From positions 1 to 21,294 of the forward strand of contig JBHGNT010000533.1 of NCBI GenBank assembly GCA_043228905.1: a stretch of 21,294 nucleotides of DNA. Direction: 5' to 3'. Source of the stretch: Azolla caroliniana. Lineage: Eukaryota; Plantae; Polypodiophyta. Positions 8,695 through 15,490 of this stretch are shown in pieces. The notes under the pieces are model-generated. The model made no database searches, was not told the DNA's origin, and worked only from the letters and a program-made list of their open reading frames with translations. The position numbers were made by a program, and so were the translations under genes. Within the stretch, counting starts at the first letter, position 1. Each line of letters starts with the position of its first letter.

Positions 8695-8950
8695 GTTTTT
8701 CAACTAATTGGTTAACCGCTTTCATATTTAGGTCTGCGTAATTTTGATCTACAGTTGCTAAATCTCTGCCTCTTAGTAATCCAAGCGCAGCATACATAAT
8801 TCGTAACTGATATCTGTTTTGTTCGTGCTTATACGCAGCCTCTCCTGGTGACATTGTTCTTTCACCTACAAGGTTAATTGTTTTTCTGTTGTTTTTGCAA
8901 ATTACTTGTTGTTCTGCAAGAGTTTTGATTTCTTTTACTAAGGTATTCAT
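8666..8950 (-). CDS. hypothetical helical protein overlapping the PTH2-like gene
   Basis: 94-aa ORF (LR..YAA.GLLRGR) with a 29-nt overlap suggesting translational coupling. Confidence 0.75.
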   Translation of the reverse strand: MNTLVKEIKTLAEQQVICKNNRKTINLVGERTMSPGEAAYKHEQNRYQLRIMYAALGLLRGRDLATVDQNYADLNMKAVNQLVEKHGNAVHPGS

Positions 8951-9013
8951 GGTGTAATAATGTTAAATGTTTTAAAATAAATTTTTTTTAATAATCGAAG
9001 TTAAAACTAATTA

Positions 9014-9052
9014 TTACGGTGGAACACCAAAGATACTTTTAATCTACTTCAT
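9014..9052 (-). promoter_or_regulatory. putative leader ORF M-K-amber-I-K-S-I-F-G-V-P-P-stop
   Basis: ATG AAG TAG ATT AAA AGT ATC TTT GGT GTT CCA CCG TAA TAA behind an A/T-rich initiation region (TAAATTTTAAAAGCC). Confidence 0.55.
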
Positions 9053-9194
9053 GGCTTTTAAAATTTAAATTATATTGCTTCTTTCACGGGCCACGGTTAT
9101 GCCTCTCACAATATTTTAATCCGTCATTTTTATTGAGAAATCACATCTCTTTCACAATTTTAATGTGTTGCTGTTCATAAACTAGCTTAAGTAG

Positions 9195-9268
9195 TGCTGT
9201 AAGGGTCAGACTCGAACTGACATTAACCGATATTACCTCTTCCGCGGTAGTGAGGCAAACCTTACAGT
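9195..9268 (-). ncRNA. ~73-nt tRNA-like RNA (acceptor + T arm, single central hairpin)
   Basis: 8-bp CTGTAAGG/CCTTACAG stem, GTCAG-TTCGAGT-CTGAC T arm, central TTGCCTC/GAGGTAA hairpin; no separate D and anticodon arms. Confidence 0.65.
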
Positions 9269-9272
9269 TTAA

Positions 9273-9375
9273 AAAATAACATTGCTTTCAGGATTGAACT
9301 GTCAGTTCGCATACATTGGTAATTACTCCAATAGTTACAATGATCAGCTATACACTTAAGTATACTAGTTATTTT
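9273..9375 (-). ncRNA. possible ~100-nt structured RNA between tmRNA and tRNA-like RNA
   Basis: Terminal stem AAAATAAC/GTTATTTT; hairpins TATAC/GTATA, ATTGG/CCAAT, and GAACT/AGTTC or a T-loop-like CAG-TTCAATC-CTG. Confidence 0.4.
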
Positions 9376-9376
9376 G

Positions 9377-9770
9377 TGGAGGCGAAGGGGTTCGAACCCT
9401 TGTCCAGTTGTAGCAGTCACAAGACAAGTTATAACAGTTTAGTTCTGAGTAGCATTTTAGAACTACTACTCTGATCAGTACTTTAGGACCATTCTGGAAA
9501 AGAATGGAGCTCCACCAAACCATTTTGAGAAAATGGATAAAACCCGATCTTTAAAGTTAATGATTTTTCTGTTTCTAGGATAACCATCAATCCCAAGTAG
9601 ATTAAGCTAATTCAGCTACATCTGCACCAACGAAAGACATAGCGTCTTCGAAAGTGAAAGTTGACAAGTTGTCATTTAAAATTCTGATAGTTCTAATTTA
9701 AGTGGTTTCCTACCAATCCACTACTGTCATCTTGTACTTTCATTACCCTGTCAAATCCATAAACGCCCCC
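9377..9770 (-). ncRNA. ssrA: tmRNA (394 nt), tag (A)DNLSTFTFEDAMSFVGADVAELA*
   Basis: 5' GGGGGCGTTTATGGATTTGAC and 3' GGAC-AAGGG-TTCGAAC-CCCTT-CGCCTCC-A, with the G3-U70 alanine determinant. Tag frame 9673-9602 follows TAAAT. Confidence 0.95.
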
Positions 9771-9807
9771 ATTATTGTTTGTTTAAAAATTTTGATAATT
9801 TCAAAGA

Positions 9808-9822
9808 AATATGTCAAAGAAC
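9808..9822 (-). promoter_or_regulatory. boxA-like antitermination element
   Basis: GTTCTTTGACATATT ~40 nt before the tmRNA 5' end, followed by a partial second copy TTCTTTGAAAT. Confidence 0.7.
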
Positions 9823-9837
9823 TTAATATTTTAAAGG

Positions 9838-9910
9838 AGGCCTCACCGTTCCTCTATGTAGCTAGTTTAAAACTTAGATTCTCAAAGGAATCGCTATCAT
9901 GTGCCGGCCT
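9838..9910 (-). ncRNA. structured leader element upstream of boxA
   Basis: AGGCC/GGCCT closing stem, ATG-TAGC/GCTA-CAT stem and GATTC/GAATC hairpin in a GC-enriched non-coding stretch. Confidence 0.4.
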
Positions 9911-9984
9911 ATTACTTGTTTACACTATTTAAAATATCTGTTATTATCCATCCCGGATAATAGTTTTTGATTTGTTTTGTTATA

Positions 9985-10027
9985 CAAATATAACCTGTTT
10001 TTGTGATTCGAAAAAATTTATTTTTAA
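9985..10027 (-). promoter_or_regulatory. promoter of RNA operon (variant of repeat)
   Basis: AAAAATAAATTTTTTCGAATCACA-N9-TATATTTG. Confidence 0.65.
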
Positions 10028-10209
10028 TTAATTTCCTTCAATTCTGTCAGGATTAATACTTTATTTAACGCTCTACCACGTTGGTGAGCTATTTGTTTAC
10101 CTCTGCTTCTAGCTTTAATTGATAAACGGCTATTGTATGTTTCAACAGGATGTTTATCATGTCCAGGGCAGCATCTACAATCTTGCTTCTTTATTCCAAA
10201 TGGTTTCAT
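10024..10209 (-). CDS. small basic protein with CxCC..H motif
   Basis: MKPFGIKKQDCRCCPGHD...ARSRGK. ATG 10209 chosen because the 10230 start lies within the promoter. Confidence 0.7.
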   Translation of the reverse strand: MKPFGIKKQDCRCCPGHDKHPVETYNSRLSIKARSRGKQIAHQRGRALNKVLILTELKEIN

Positions 10210-10229
10210 GTTATTAAGTTTTGTTATCA

Positions 10230-10272
10230 CAAATGTATAACAAATATTTGAAAAGAAAAAATTTATTTCAAA
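10230..10272 (-). promoter_or_regulatory. conserved phage promoter repeat
   Basis: TTTGAA-N14-TTCAAA-N9-TACATTTG. Confidence 0.75.
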
Positions 10273-10620
10273 TTAATTTAACTTTTTATGCCAGCAATTG
10301 ATTTCTTCATCAAAAACTAATTTGTTTTCTTTTTCCTCATAATCCTTTAATGCTCCTGAAAGAAATTCAGCATTATGGAAACACTTTGGTGCTTCTATTA
10401 ACTCATCATCCCAGTGATTTTTAAGCGCATTCTTGAAAGTCTCATAAGATATAGAACCAAAATCTTCACTCTTACTGTAAAAGAACCATACATTTAATAA
10501 AGGTTGAAAATACCAATACCCACCACCAACAGTTTTTTTATTGTCCTTTAAAATTTCACGATGAAATTCTACGTTTGCCATGAGAATTTCATTCTCATTA
10601 ATGATATACTTCTGAGCCAT
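10273..10620 (-). CDS. hypothetical protein
   Basis: 115-aa ORF, H...GGGYW...YSKSEDFG. Confidence 0.75.
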   Translation of the reverse strand: MAQKYIINENEILMANVEFHREILKDNKKTVGGGYWYFQPLLNVWFFYSKSEDFGSISYETFKNALKNHWDDELIEAPKCFHNAEFLSGALKDYEEKENKLVFDEEINCWHKKLN

Positions 10621-10621
10621 T

Positions 10622-11389
10622 TTATTTTACAATTGATAAAGCTTTATATTTTACTATTCTTTCACCAATAAATTTAGTTAATTTTTTATTTAATGAAATT
10701 ATTTTAGTTATATCTACTATACCACCTTTTATTTTATGAACATCAAAAGTGTCTGTATGTTCATTAATAATGACGTAGCGATTAAACTTCGCAGCAATTA
10801 CTGTTTTAGTTTTACTAATAAAAATATTATCATTATTATTTTTATTACTTTTTATGTCAAAATATTCTTCCAATAAATTCGATACTTTAAAATGAGTAGG
10901 AGTACTATTTAAACTTAAAGTTATTATACCATATTTATTAGGTGAAAGTAATCTTTGATTTTTTGTATTTTTAACATCACCTTTGCTATTAATAATGTAA
11001 TTAGGGTAACCTTGAATAAGTACCCAATCATCAACGATTTGATCTTTTGTCTCTTGTGTAGGAATAGATAAATTACGTTTATAATTTTGAATAGACAACC
11101 AAAGCATTTCGATTTCTTCGATTGAAAGATGTCCTTTTTTTCTACTAAATGCTTGTGTAGTAACAACTACGTTGTTTTGAACAAATCCTTTGTCTTTATC
11201 TATTCTTTCATAAATTTTTATAAAATCTCCACCTTCAGTAAATTGCTTTCCTGTAAAATGACATACTTTTTGATCAAAAAGTTTAGTAATATCTTCAATA
11301 GATAAATCAAATGGCACTCTTTGATTATTTGCGATTGAATTTAATTGGATAAGTTGATTAGCGATTTGTAAATCTCTTGATTGTTTCAT
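10622..11389 (-). CDS. degenerate HNH-like endonuclease with NUMOD4-like segment
   Basis: CHFTG...ERIDKDKGFVQNNVV (RID..KGY...NV HNH-like) and WVLIQGYPNYIINSKGDVKN (NUMOD4-like). Confidence 0.55.
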   Translation of the reverse strand: MKQSRDLQIANQLIQLNSIANNQRVPFDLSIEDITKLFDQKVCHFTGKQFTEGGDFIKIYERIDKDKGFVQNNVVVTTQAFSRKKGHLSIEEIEMLWLSIQNYKRNLSIPTQETKDQIVDDWVLIQGYPNYIINSKGDVKNTKNQRLLSPNKYGIITLSLNSTPTHFKVSNLLEEYFDIKSNKNNNDNIFISKTKTVIAAKFNRYVIINEHTDTFDVHKIKGGIVDITKIISLNKKLTKFIGERIVKYKALSIVK

Positions 11390-11731
11390 TTATTTATTGT
11401 CTTTGTTTTTACCTATATGATACTTATTGCAGAATACACATTTATATATTGAAAAATGCTTTCCTGTCTTTAATTTCATCTTTTCAGCTGATTTAGTGGC
11501 ACTTTGTAATGAGTAACCAATCTTATCGACTTTTGTATGAGAATTGGTATGTGAGTTTCTTGAAAACATTCCCCAAGCATTTCCAGTAATAAAGAAATTT
11601 TTGAATGCCCTTTTAAAGGGAAGTTGAGCTTTTAATGCTAATTTAACATTTGCTCTTTTGACATTAAAGATATCACCACTTACGATGAAATCCTTAATAA
11701 TACAAACAACTGATATAAATCTACTGTCCAT
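11390..11731 (-). CDS. basic hypothetical protein with C-terminal zinc ribbon
   Basis: SH...K..Y...A...YKCVFCNKYHIG. Confidence 0.7.
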   Translation of the reverse strand: MDSRFISVVCIIKDFIVSGDIFNVKRANVKLALKAQLPFKRAFKNFFITGNAWGMFSRNSHTNSHTKVDKIGYSLQSATKSAEKMKLKTGKHFSIYKCVFCNKYHIGKNKDNK

Positions 11732-11733
11732 AA

Positions 11734-13494
11734 TTAATAGTCTGATGAACCACCTCCGCCCCCAAATGATCCTCCACCAAAATCAGAACCACTGCTTGAA
11801 GAACCTGAATCAGATGAACCCCAACTAGAGCTATAACTTGACGAATAAGAATCATTGCGTCTACGCTGCTCATCTTTTTCGTCTTGTCTTCTTTTGCGTT
11901 TACGACGTTCCTCTTCCTCCTCTTGATCTTTTTTTCTTTTAGCTTCTTTGACAATTCGATCTTTTTCATCTTGAATAGCTTTTAATCTATCATTTTCTCT
12001 TTTTTCTTCTGTACGAGCAATAGATAATATAGAATCCAATACTTTAGTTCTTTCAAGATATTTTTGAATAATTGTAGTTAAAGAACGCGAACCATCAGCA
12101 TTTCTGATTGTATCTGGATCAAAATTTAAGTTTTGTTTAAATTCTTGTTCTTTTGATTTAAAAGCAGCAGAAATGTAAGGTAATGCAGAATATCTTTGAA
12201 AGGTACTCGCAAAGCTTTTTAGATTTGAAGGAATATTTTTTACTGTTTCTTCATGGCTGTAAATAGTACTTAAAACAGAAGTTAATTGATGATCAATATC
12301 TTCGCATAATGAAAGTAAAGTTAAACAATCTATTATGTTGGTTGAAAATTTATCCCAATTTTTTTCATTTCTTAATGATTGAGATTGAAGATATACTTCG
12401 TTAGCTTTTTTAAGATGTTCACCTTTTTTCTTCAATATATCGTCGTTTTTAAAATTGAATTTAAATTCTGGATATAGTGAAATTTTTCTTTCAAATTGTG
12501 ATAACTTGTAATCAACTGAATCACCAATTTTATTTATCCTTTCAGGAATTGAGTTAAAGATTTTCAATTCTTCAACAATTGAACTGATTTTAGATTGCAG
12601 TGTAGAAAGATGTTGAGAAGATAAGTTTTCAATCTTTGTTTGCACAATACGTCTACTGATATCATCTTTAGCTGTTAGATCATGATTTTCAAATGATTTT
12701 AATCTTTTGATTATTTCATCATCCAAACCTAATTCTTCAGCCTTACTGACTAAAACCTTGTAATCTTGAACTGTTTTAACTGTATTTGACCAAGCTTGTT
12801 CTTTACGCAATCTTTCTTGCTCTGCTTTTGCAGCTGCTTCACGAAGTAAAAATTCTTTTTTAGCTTTTATACCTCTAATATGTCTATAAATTCTAAAGGA
12901 AATAAAAATAAGTACAGATAAGATACCAATCCACATTAAAACATCAAGAAACGAATCAACTGCTTTTTGCGATTCGAATTTTTGTTTTGCAGCTTCTATT
13001 TTCTTCTGCTCTTGAGTAACTGGATCGAGATGAGCCAAATAAGCGTTTAATAATCCATTTATACCTTTCGCATACTCATTGTTCTTTAAATAAGGAACTG
13101 CATATTGTTGTTGAAAATGAATAACTGTTACGTCTGGTAAATCTCCTTCTAAACCATAACCAACTTCGGTTCTTAATTTTCGAGGGTCTTTAGATAACAA
13201 AATCATGATTCCATTATTTGATTTCCCACCTACTCCCCATTTTCTGGCTAAATTTAGTGTAAATTCTGCAACATCATAACCATCTAAAGAATTTACTGTT
13301 ACGATTGAAAATTCAACAGTTGATTTTGATTTGAATAATCTGATTGCATTATCCATTGCCTTTTCCTCATCAGGAGTTAAAAGATTTGCAAAATCATCAA
13401 CGTAAGAAGTTGAATTATGTTTCAGTTGTTTAAAATCCTCACCAAACGATAAGAATGGGAGTATTAAAAGTGCGATAAAAAATAATTTTTTCAT
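11734..13494 (-). CDS. TPM (TLP18.3/Psb32/MOLO-1; YgcG-like) domain membrane protein
   Basis: Signal peptide; VDDFANLL, WGVG, EVGYGLEGDLPD; one TM helix; long helical region; Ser/Gly tail FGGGSFGGGGGSSDY. Confidence 0.9.
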   Translation of the reverse strand: MKKLFFIALLILPFLSFGEDFKQLKHNSTSYVDDFANLLTPDEEKAMDNAIRLFKSKSTVEFSIVTVNSLDGYDVAEFTLNLARKWGVGGKSNNGIMILLSKDPRKLRTEVGYGLEGDLPDVTVIHFQQQYAVPYLKNNEYAKGINGLLNAYLAHLDPVTQEQKKIEAAKQKFESQKAVDSFLDVLMWIGILSVLIFISFRIYRHIRGIKAKKEFLLREAAAKAEQERLRKEQAWSNTVKTVQDYKVLVSKAEELGLDDEIIKRLKSFENHDLTAKDDISRRIVQTKIENLSSQHLSTLQSKISSIVEELKIFNSIPERINKIGDSVDYKLSQFERKISLYPEFKFNFKNDDILKKKGEHLKKANEVYLQSQSLRNEKNWDKFSTNIIDCLTLLSLCEDIDHQLTSVLSTIYSHEETVKNIPSNLKSFASTFQRYSALPYISAAFKSKEQEFKQNLNFDPDTIRNADGSRSLTTIIQKYLERTKVLDSILSIARTEEKRENDRLKAIQDEKDRIVKEAKRKKDQEEEEERRKRKRRQDEKDEQRRRNDSYSSSYSSSWGSSDSGSSSSGSDFGGGSFGGGGGSSDY

Positions 13495-13497
13495 TAT

Positions 13498-13692
13498 TTA
13501 TTTTGTTTTTGGATTGATTTTTTCGTTTGGTGTCGAATCAAGAACATTTTTCAAGAACTTTTGAACTTTATCGGCTCCACCCAATTCATTCAACCTAGAT
13601 TCTCTAATCGAAACACGTAAAGGCATTAATTTATCAGTTACTTCTTTACGCCCCGCATTTGGTCTTGCACCACCTCTAACTTGTTGTGACAT
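13498..13692 (-). CDS. small putative DNA-binding protein
   Basis: RGGARPNAGRK motif followed by a strand-helix-helix (RHH-like) pattern. Confidence 0.6.
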   Translation of the reverse strand: MSQQVRGGARPNAGRKEVTDKLMPLRVSIRESRLNELGGADKVQKFLKNVLDSTPNEKINPKTK

Positions 13693-13745
13693 TGCTTATT
13701 ATTTGTTTTGCATTTAATTTCCGATTAATTTGTTTTGAGAGTGTT

Positions 13746-13788
13746 CAAATATAGGAATTTTATTTGAAATAAAAAAAATTTTTTCAAA
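13746..13788 (-). promoter_or_regulatory. conserved phage promoter repeat
   Basis: TTTGAA-N14-TTCAAA-N9-TATATTTG. Confidence 0.75.
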
Positions 13789-13789
13789 A

Positions 13790-14542
13790 TTAATCTTCAA
13801 ACTTACTGTTCCAATTATTTTCATTTACATCTGATGCACCTGCAATTCCTCCAAAAAAAGCACCTAAAGGAATAGTTAATGTTAACCACCAAGCTGATAT
13901 ACCAAAAATAAATGGAAATGCAATTGAAAAACCAAAAATGATAAAACCAATTAATGCAGTTAGATTTGTATTTCTGAAGATTGAAAGATCATTTCCCCAT
14001 TTATGAACCAGGTAATAAGTACCATCAGTTAATTTAATGAAAAGTAATGGGTCTACAGGGCGTACTTCAAGCTTAAAGCTTTCTTTAGGTGCCAAAATAA
14101 AATATTTACCCTTTCTGATATTACCTTCATAAGAATAGCCTTCATATTCAATTTGGTCTTTTAATAATGTTTCTGCTTCTACGATTTTAAGAGGTAAATC
14201 ATCAGGAATAACACCTTTATACAATTTGTTTGATAAGAATCTCAAGTCGTAAGTCAATGCAACTTGTTTGATTTCTTTTAATGTAAAGATTCTTTTGTTT
14301 TGCATTTTCTCACGTTTAATTTTGGATGAATCTAATTCACCTTTTTGTTTAAACGCCTGATCAACAGCTAAATCAAAACCAGCATCGCGTAATTTTTGAA
14401 GATCGTCACTGTTTTGAAGGTTGAGAATATTTTGAGCATTTTTTAATAAAGATTCTTGTTGTTGCTCTTCTGATATCATTTGATTAATTGATACCTGTTT
14501 GCTTGAGAGAAGTTTTTTCTCTAAATTAATTGTTGTTTTCAT
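13790..14542 (-). CDS. uncharacterised protein with C-terminal TM hairpin; paralog of 1495-2607
   Basis: IKQVALTYDLRFL...YKGVIP and DPLLF...YYLVHKWGND, plus two hydrophobic segments. Confidence 0.8.
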   Translation of the reverse strand: MKTTINLEKKLLSSKQVSINQMISEEQQQESLLKNAQNILNLQNSDDLQKLRDAGFDLAVDQAFKQKGELDSSKIKREKMQNKRIFTLKEIKQVALTYDLRFLSNKLYKGVIPDDLPLKIVEAETLLKDQIEYEGYSYEGNIRKGKYFILAPKESFKLEVRPVDPLLFIKLTDGTYYLVHKWGNDLSIFRNTNLTALIGFIIFGFSIAFPFIFGISAWWLTLTIPLGAFFGGIAGASDVNENNWNSKFED

Positions 14543-14563
14543 ATACCGAAAGGTTTAATTGTG

Positions 14564-14605
14564 TAAAACTAACTAATTGGTTTGATTTGAAAAAATTTAT
14601 TTCAA
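14564..14605 (-). promoter_or_regulatory. variant promoter repeat
   Basis: TTGAAATAAATTTTTTCAAATCAAA-N9-TAGTTTTA. Confidence 0.55.
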
Positions 14606-14902
14606 TTTTTGTTCATCTTCCCATTTCTTACGTTCACGTTTTTCGATCTGTCTAAAGACATATCTTCTGAGTTGCCATAATAATATAAATGGAATAGAAC
14701 AAACTGCTAGAATTAAAAGAAATGTACCTATCTTCAGCATAGCAAAGGTTCCTAACACCCAAAGAAAAATTACACCTGCATAATCAGCAGCATCACAATC
14801 TTTACTGAAAAGAGATTTGATAAAGATCAAAAATAAAAGGCCAAAATAAACAACAGCTAACCAAAAGTTTATTACTGAATTTATTACTACGTATTGTTCC
14901 AT
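14597..14902 (-). CDS. small membrane protein (2-3 TM, basic C-tail)
   Basis: Hydrophobic stretches followed by RRYVFRQIEKRERKK. Confidence 0.75.
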   Translation of the reverse strand: MEQYVVINSVINFWLAVVYFGLLFLIFIKSLFSKDCDAADYAGVIFLWVLGTFAMLKIGTFLLILAVCSIPFILLWQLRRYVFRQIEKRERKKWEDEQKLK

Positions 14903-14904
14903 GA

Positions 14905-15441
14905 TTATTGGTTGTTATTAATGTTAAAGTAAAAAGCGAAATCAACAGCAAATTCAAAGGCGGCTTCTATTGAATATTCTCTAATTGAGCCTGAAATATT
15001 GTTCTCAACCCAATCAAGGTAGCTACAATGATTAACAGTTGGACGATTTTGTTTCATAATCATCTCAAAACATTTTTTAGATACTGCCATTAAATGATTC
15101 CAATCAGATTGTGGGTTCCAACCAAAAATCAATACTTTCCAATTTGAATCTTCTGAAGATGAAGTACAATTGGTAATATTAGAAAAACTACCTTCCCAAA
15201 TACCTTGTTCATTTACTTTATTAATAGCACCCATGAATTTTGCAAGATATCTACGTTTTGCTTCAATGTGTTTTGGATATTCAGTTAAGTCTTTTTTACG
15301 TAACTTAAACCATTCAGTTGTAAGTTCTCTTGCTAAACCACTACAAATACCTGTTGCTGTAATTGCATCTACAATTTCTTGTTCAGATGGTTCGTTTTCT
15401 GATTGAAGAAACTTATCTTTGATTTCAAATAATGTTTTCAT
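14905..15441 (-). CDS. hypothetical protein
   Basis: 178-aa ORF, WNPQSDWNHLMAV motif. Confidence 0.75.
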   Translation of the reverse strand: MKTLFEIKDKFLQSENEPSEQEIVDAITATGICSGLARELTTEWFKLRKKDLTEYPKHIEAKRRYLAKFMGAINKVNEQGIWEGSFSNITNCTSSSEDSNWKVLIFGWNPQSDWNHLMAVSKKCFEMIMKQNRPTVNHCSYLDWVENNISGSIREYSIEAAFEFAVDFAFYFNINNNQ

Positions 15442-15454
15442 TATAATTTGTTTG

Positions 15455-15485
15455 AAATAAAAATGCCCCTAATTAAGGGGCATTT
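15455..15485 (-). terminator. intrinsic terminator
   Basis: AAATGCCCCT-N5-AGGGGCATTT hairpin with T-tract TTTTTATTT. Confidence 0.85.
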
Positions 15486-15490
15486 ATTTA

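Noticed and set aside
9282-9348. Hammerhead ribozyme (CTGATCA ... GAAA)
   Set aside because: The core should be CUGANGA, and the stems do not flank the motifs in hammerhead topology.
9838-9910. HDV-like (theta) ribozyme, because the element starts GGCCGGC
   Set aside because: There is no complementary P1 3' strand or GG for P1.1, and it is not at a tRNA 3' end.
9702-9932. Plus-strand 76-aa ORF
   Set aside because: It is antisense to the tmRNA 5' end and boxA leader; a shadow ORF.
1848-15406. Other plus-strand or nested ORFs (1848-2045, 6178-6405, 6209-6493, 6426-6635, 10924-11166, 11721-11969, 15170-15406)
   Set aside because: All overlap better-supported minus-strand genes and show no motifs.
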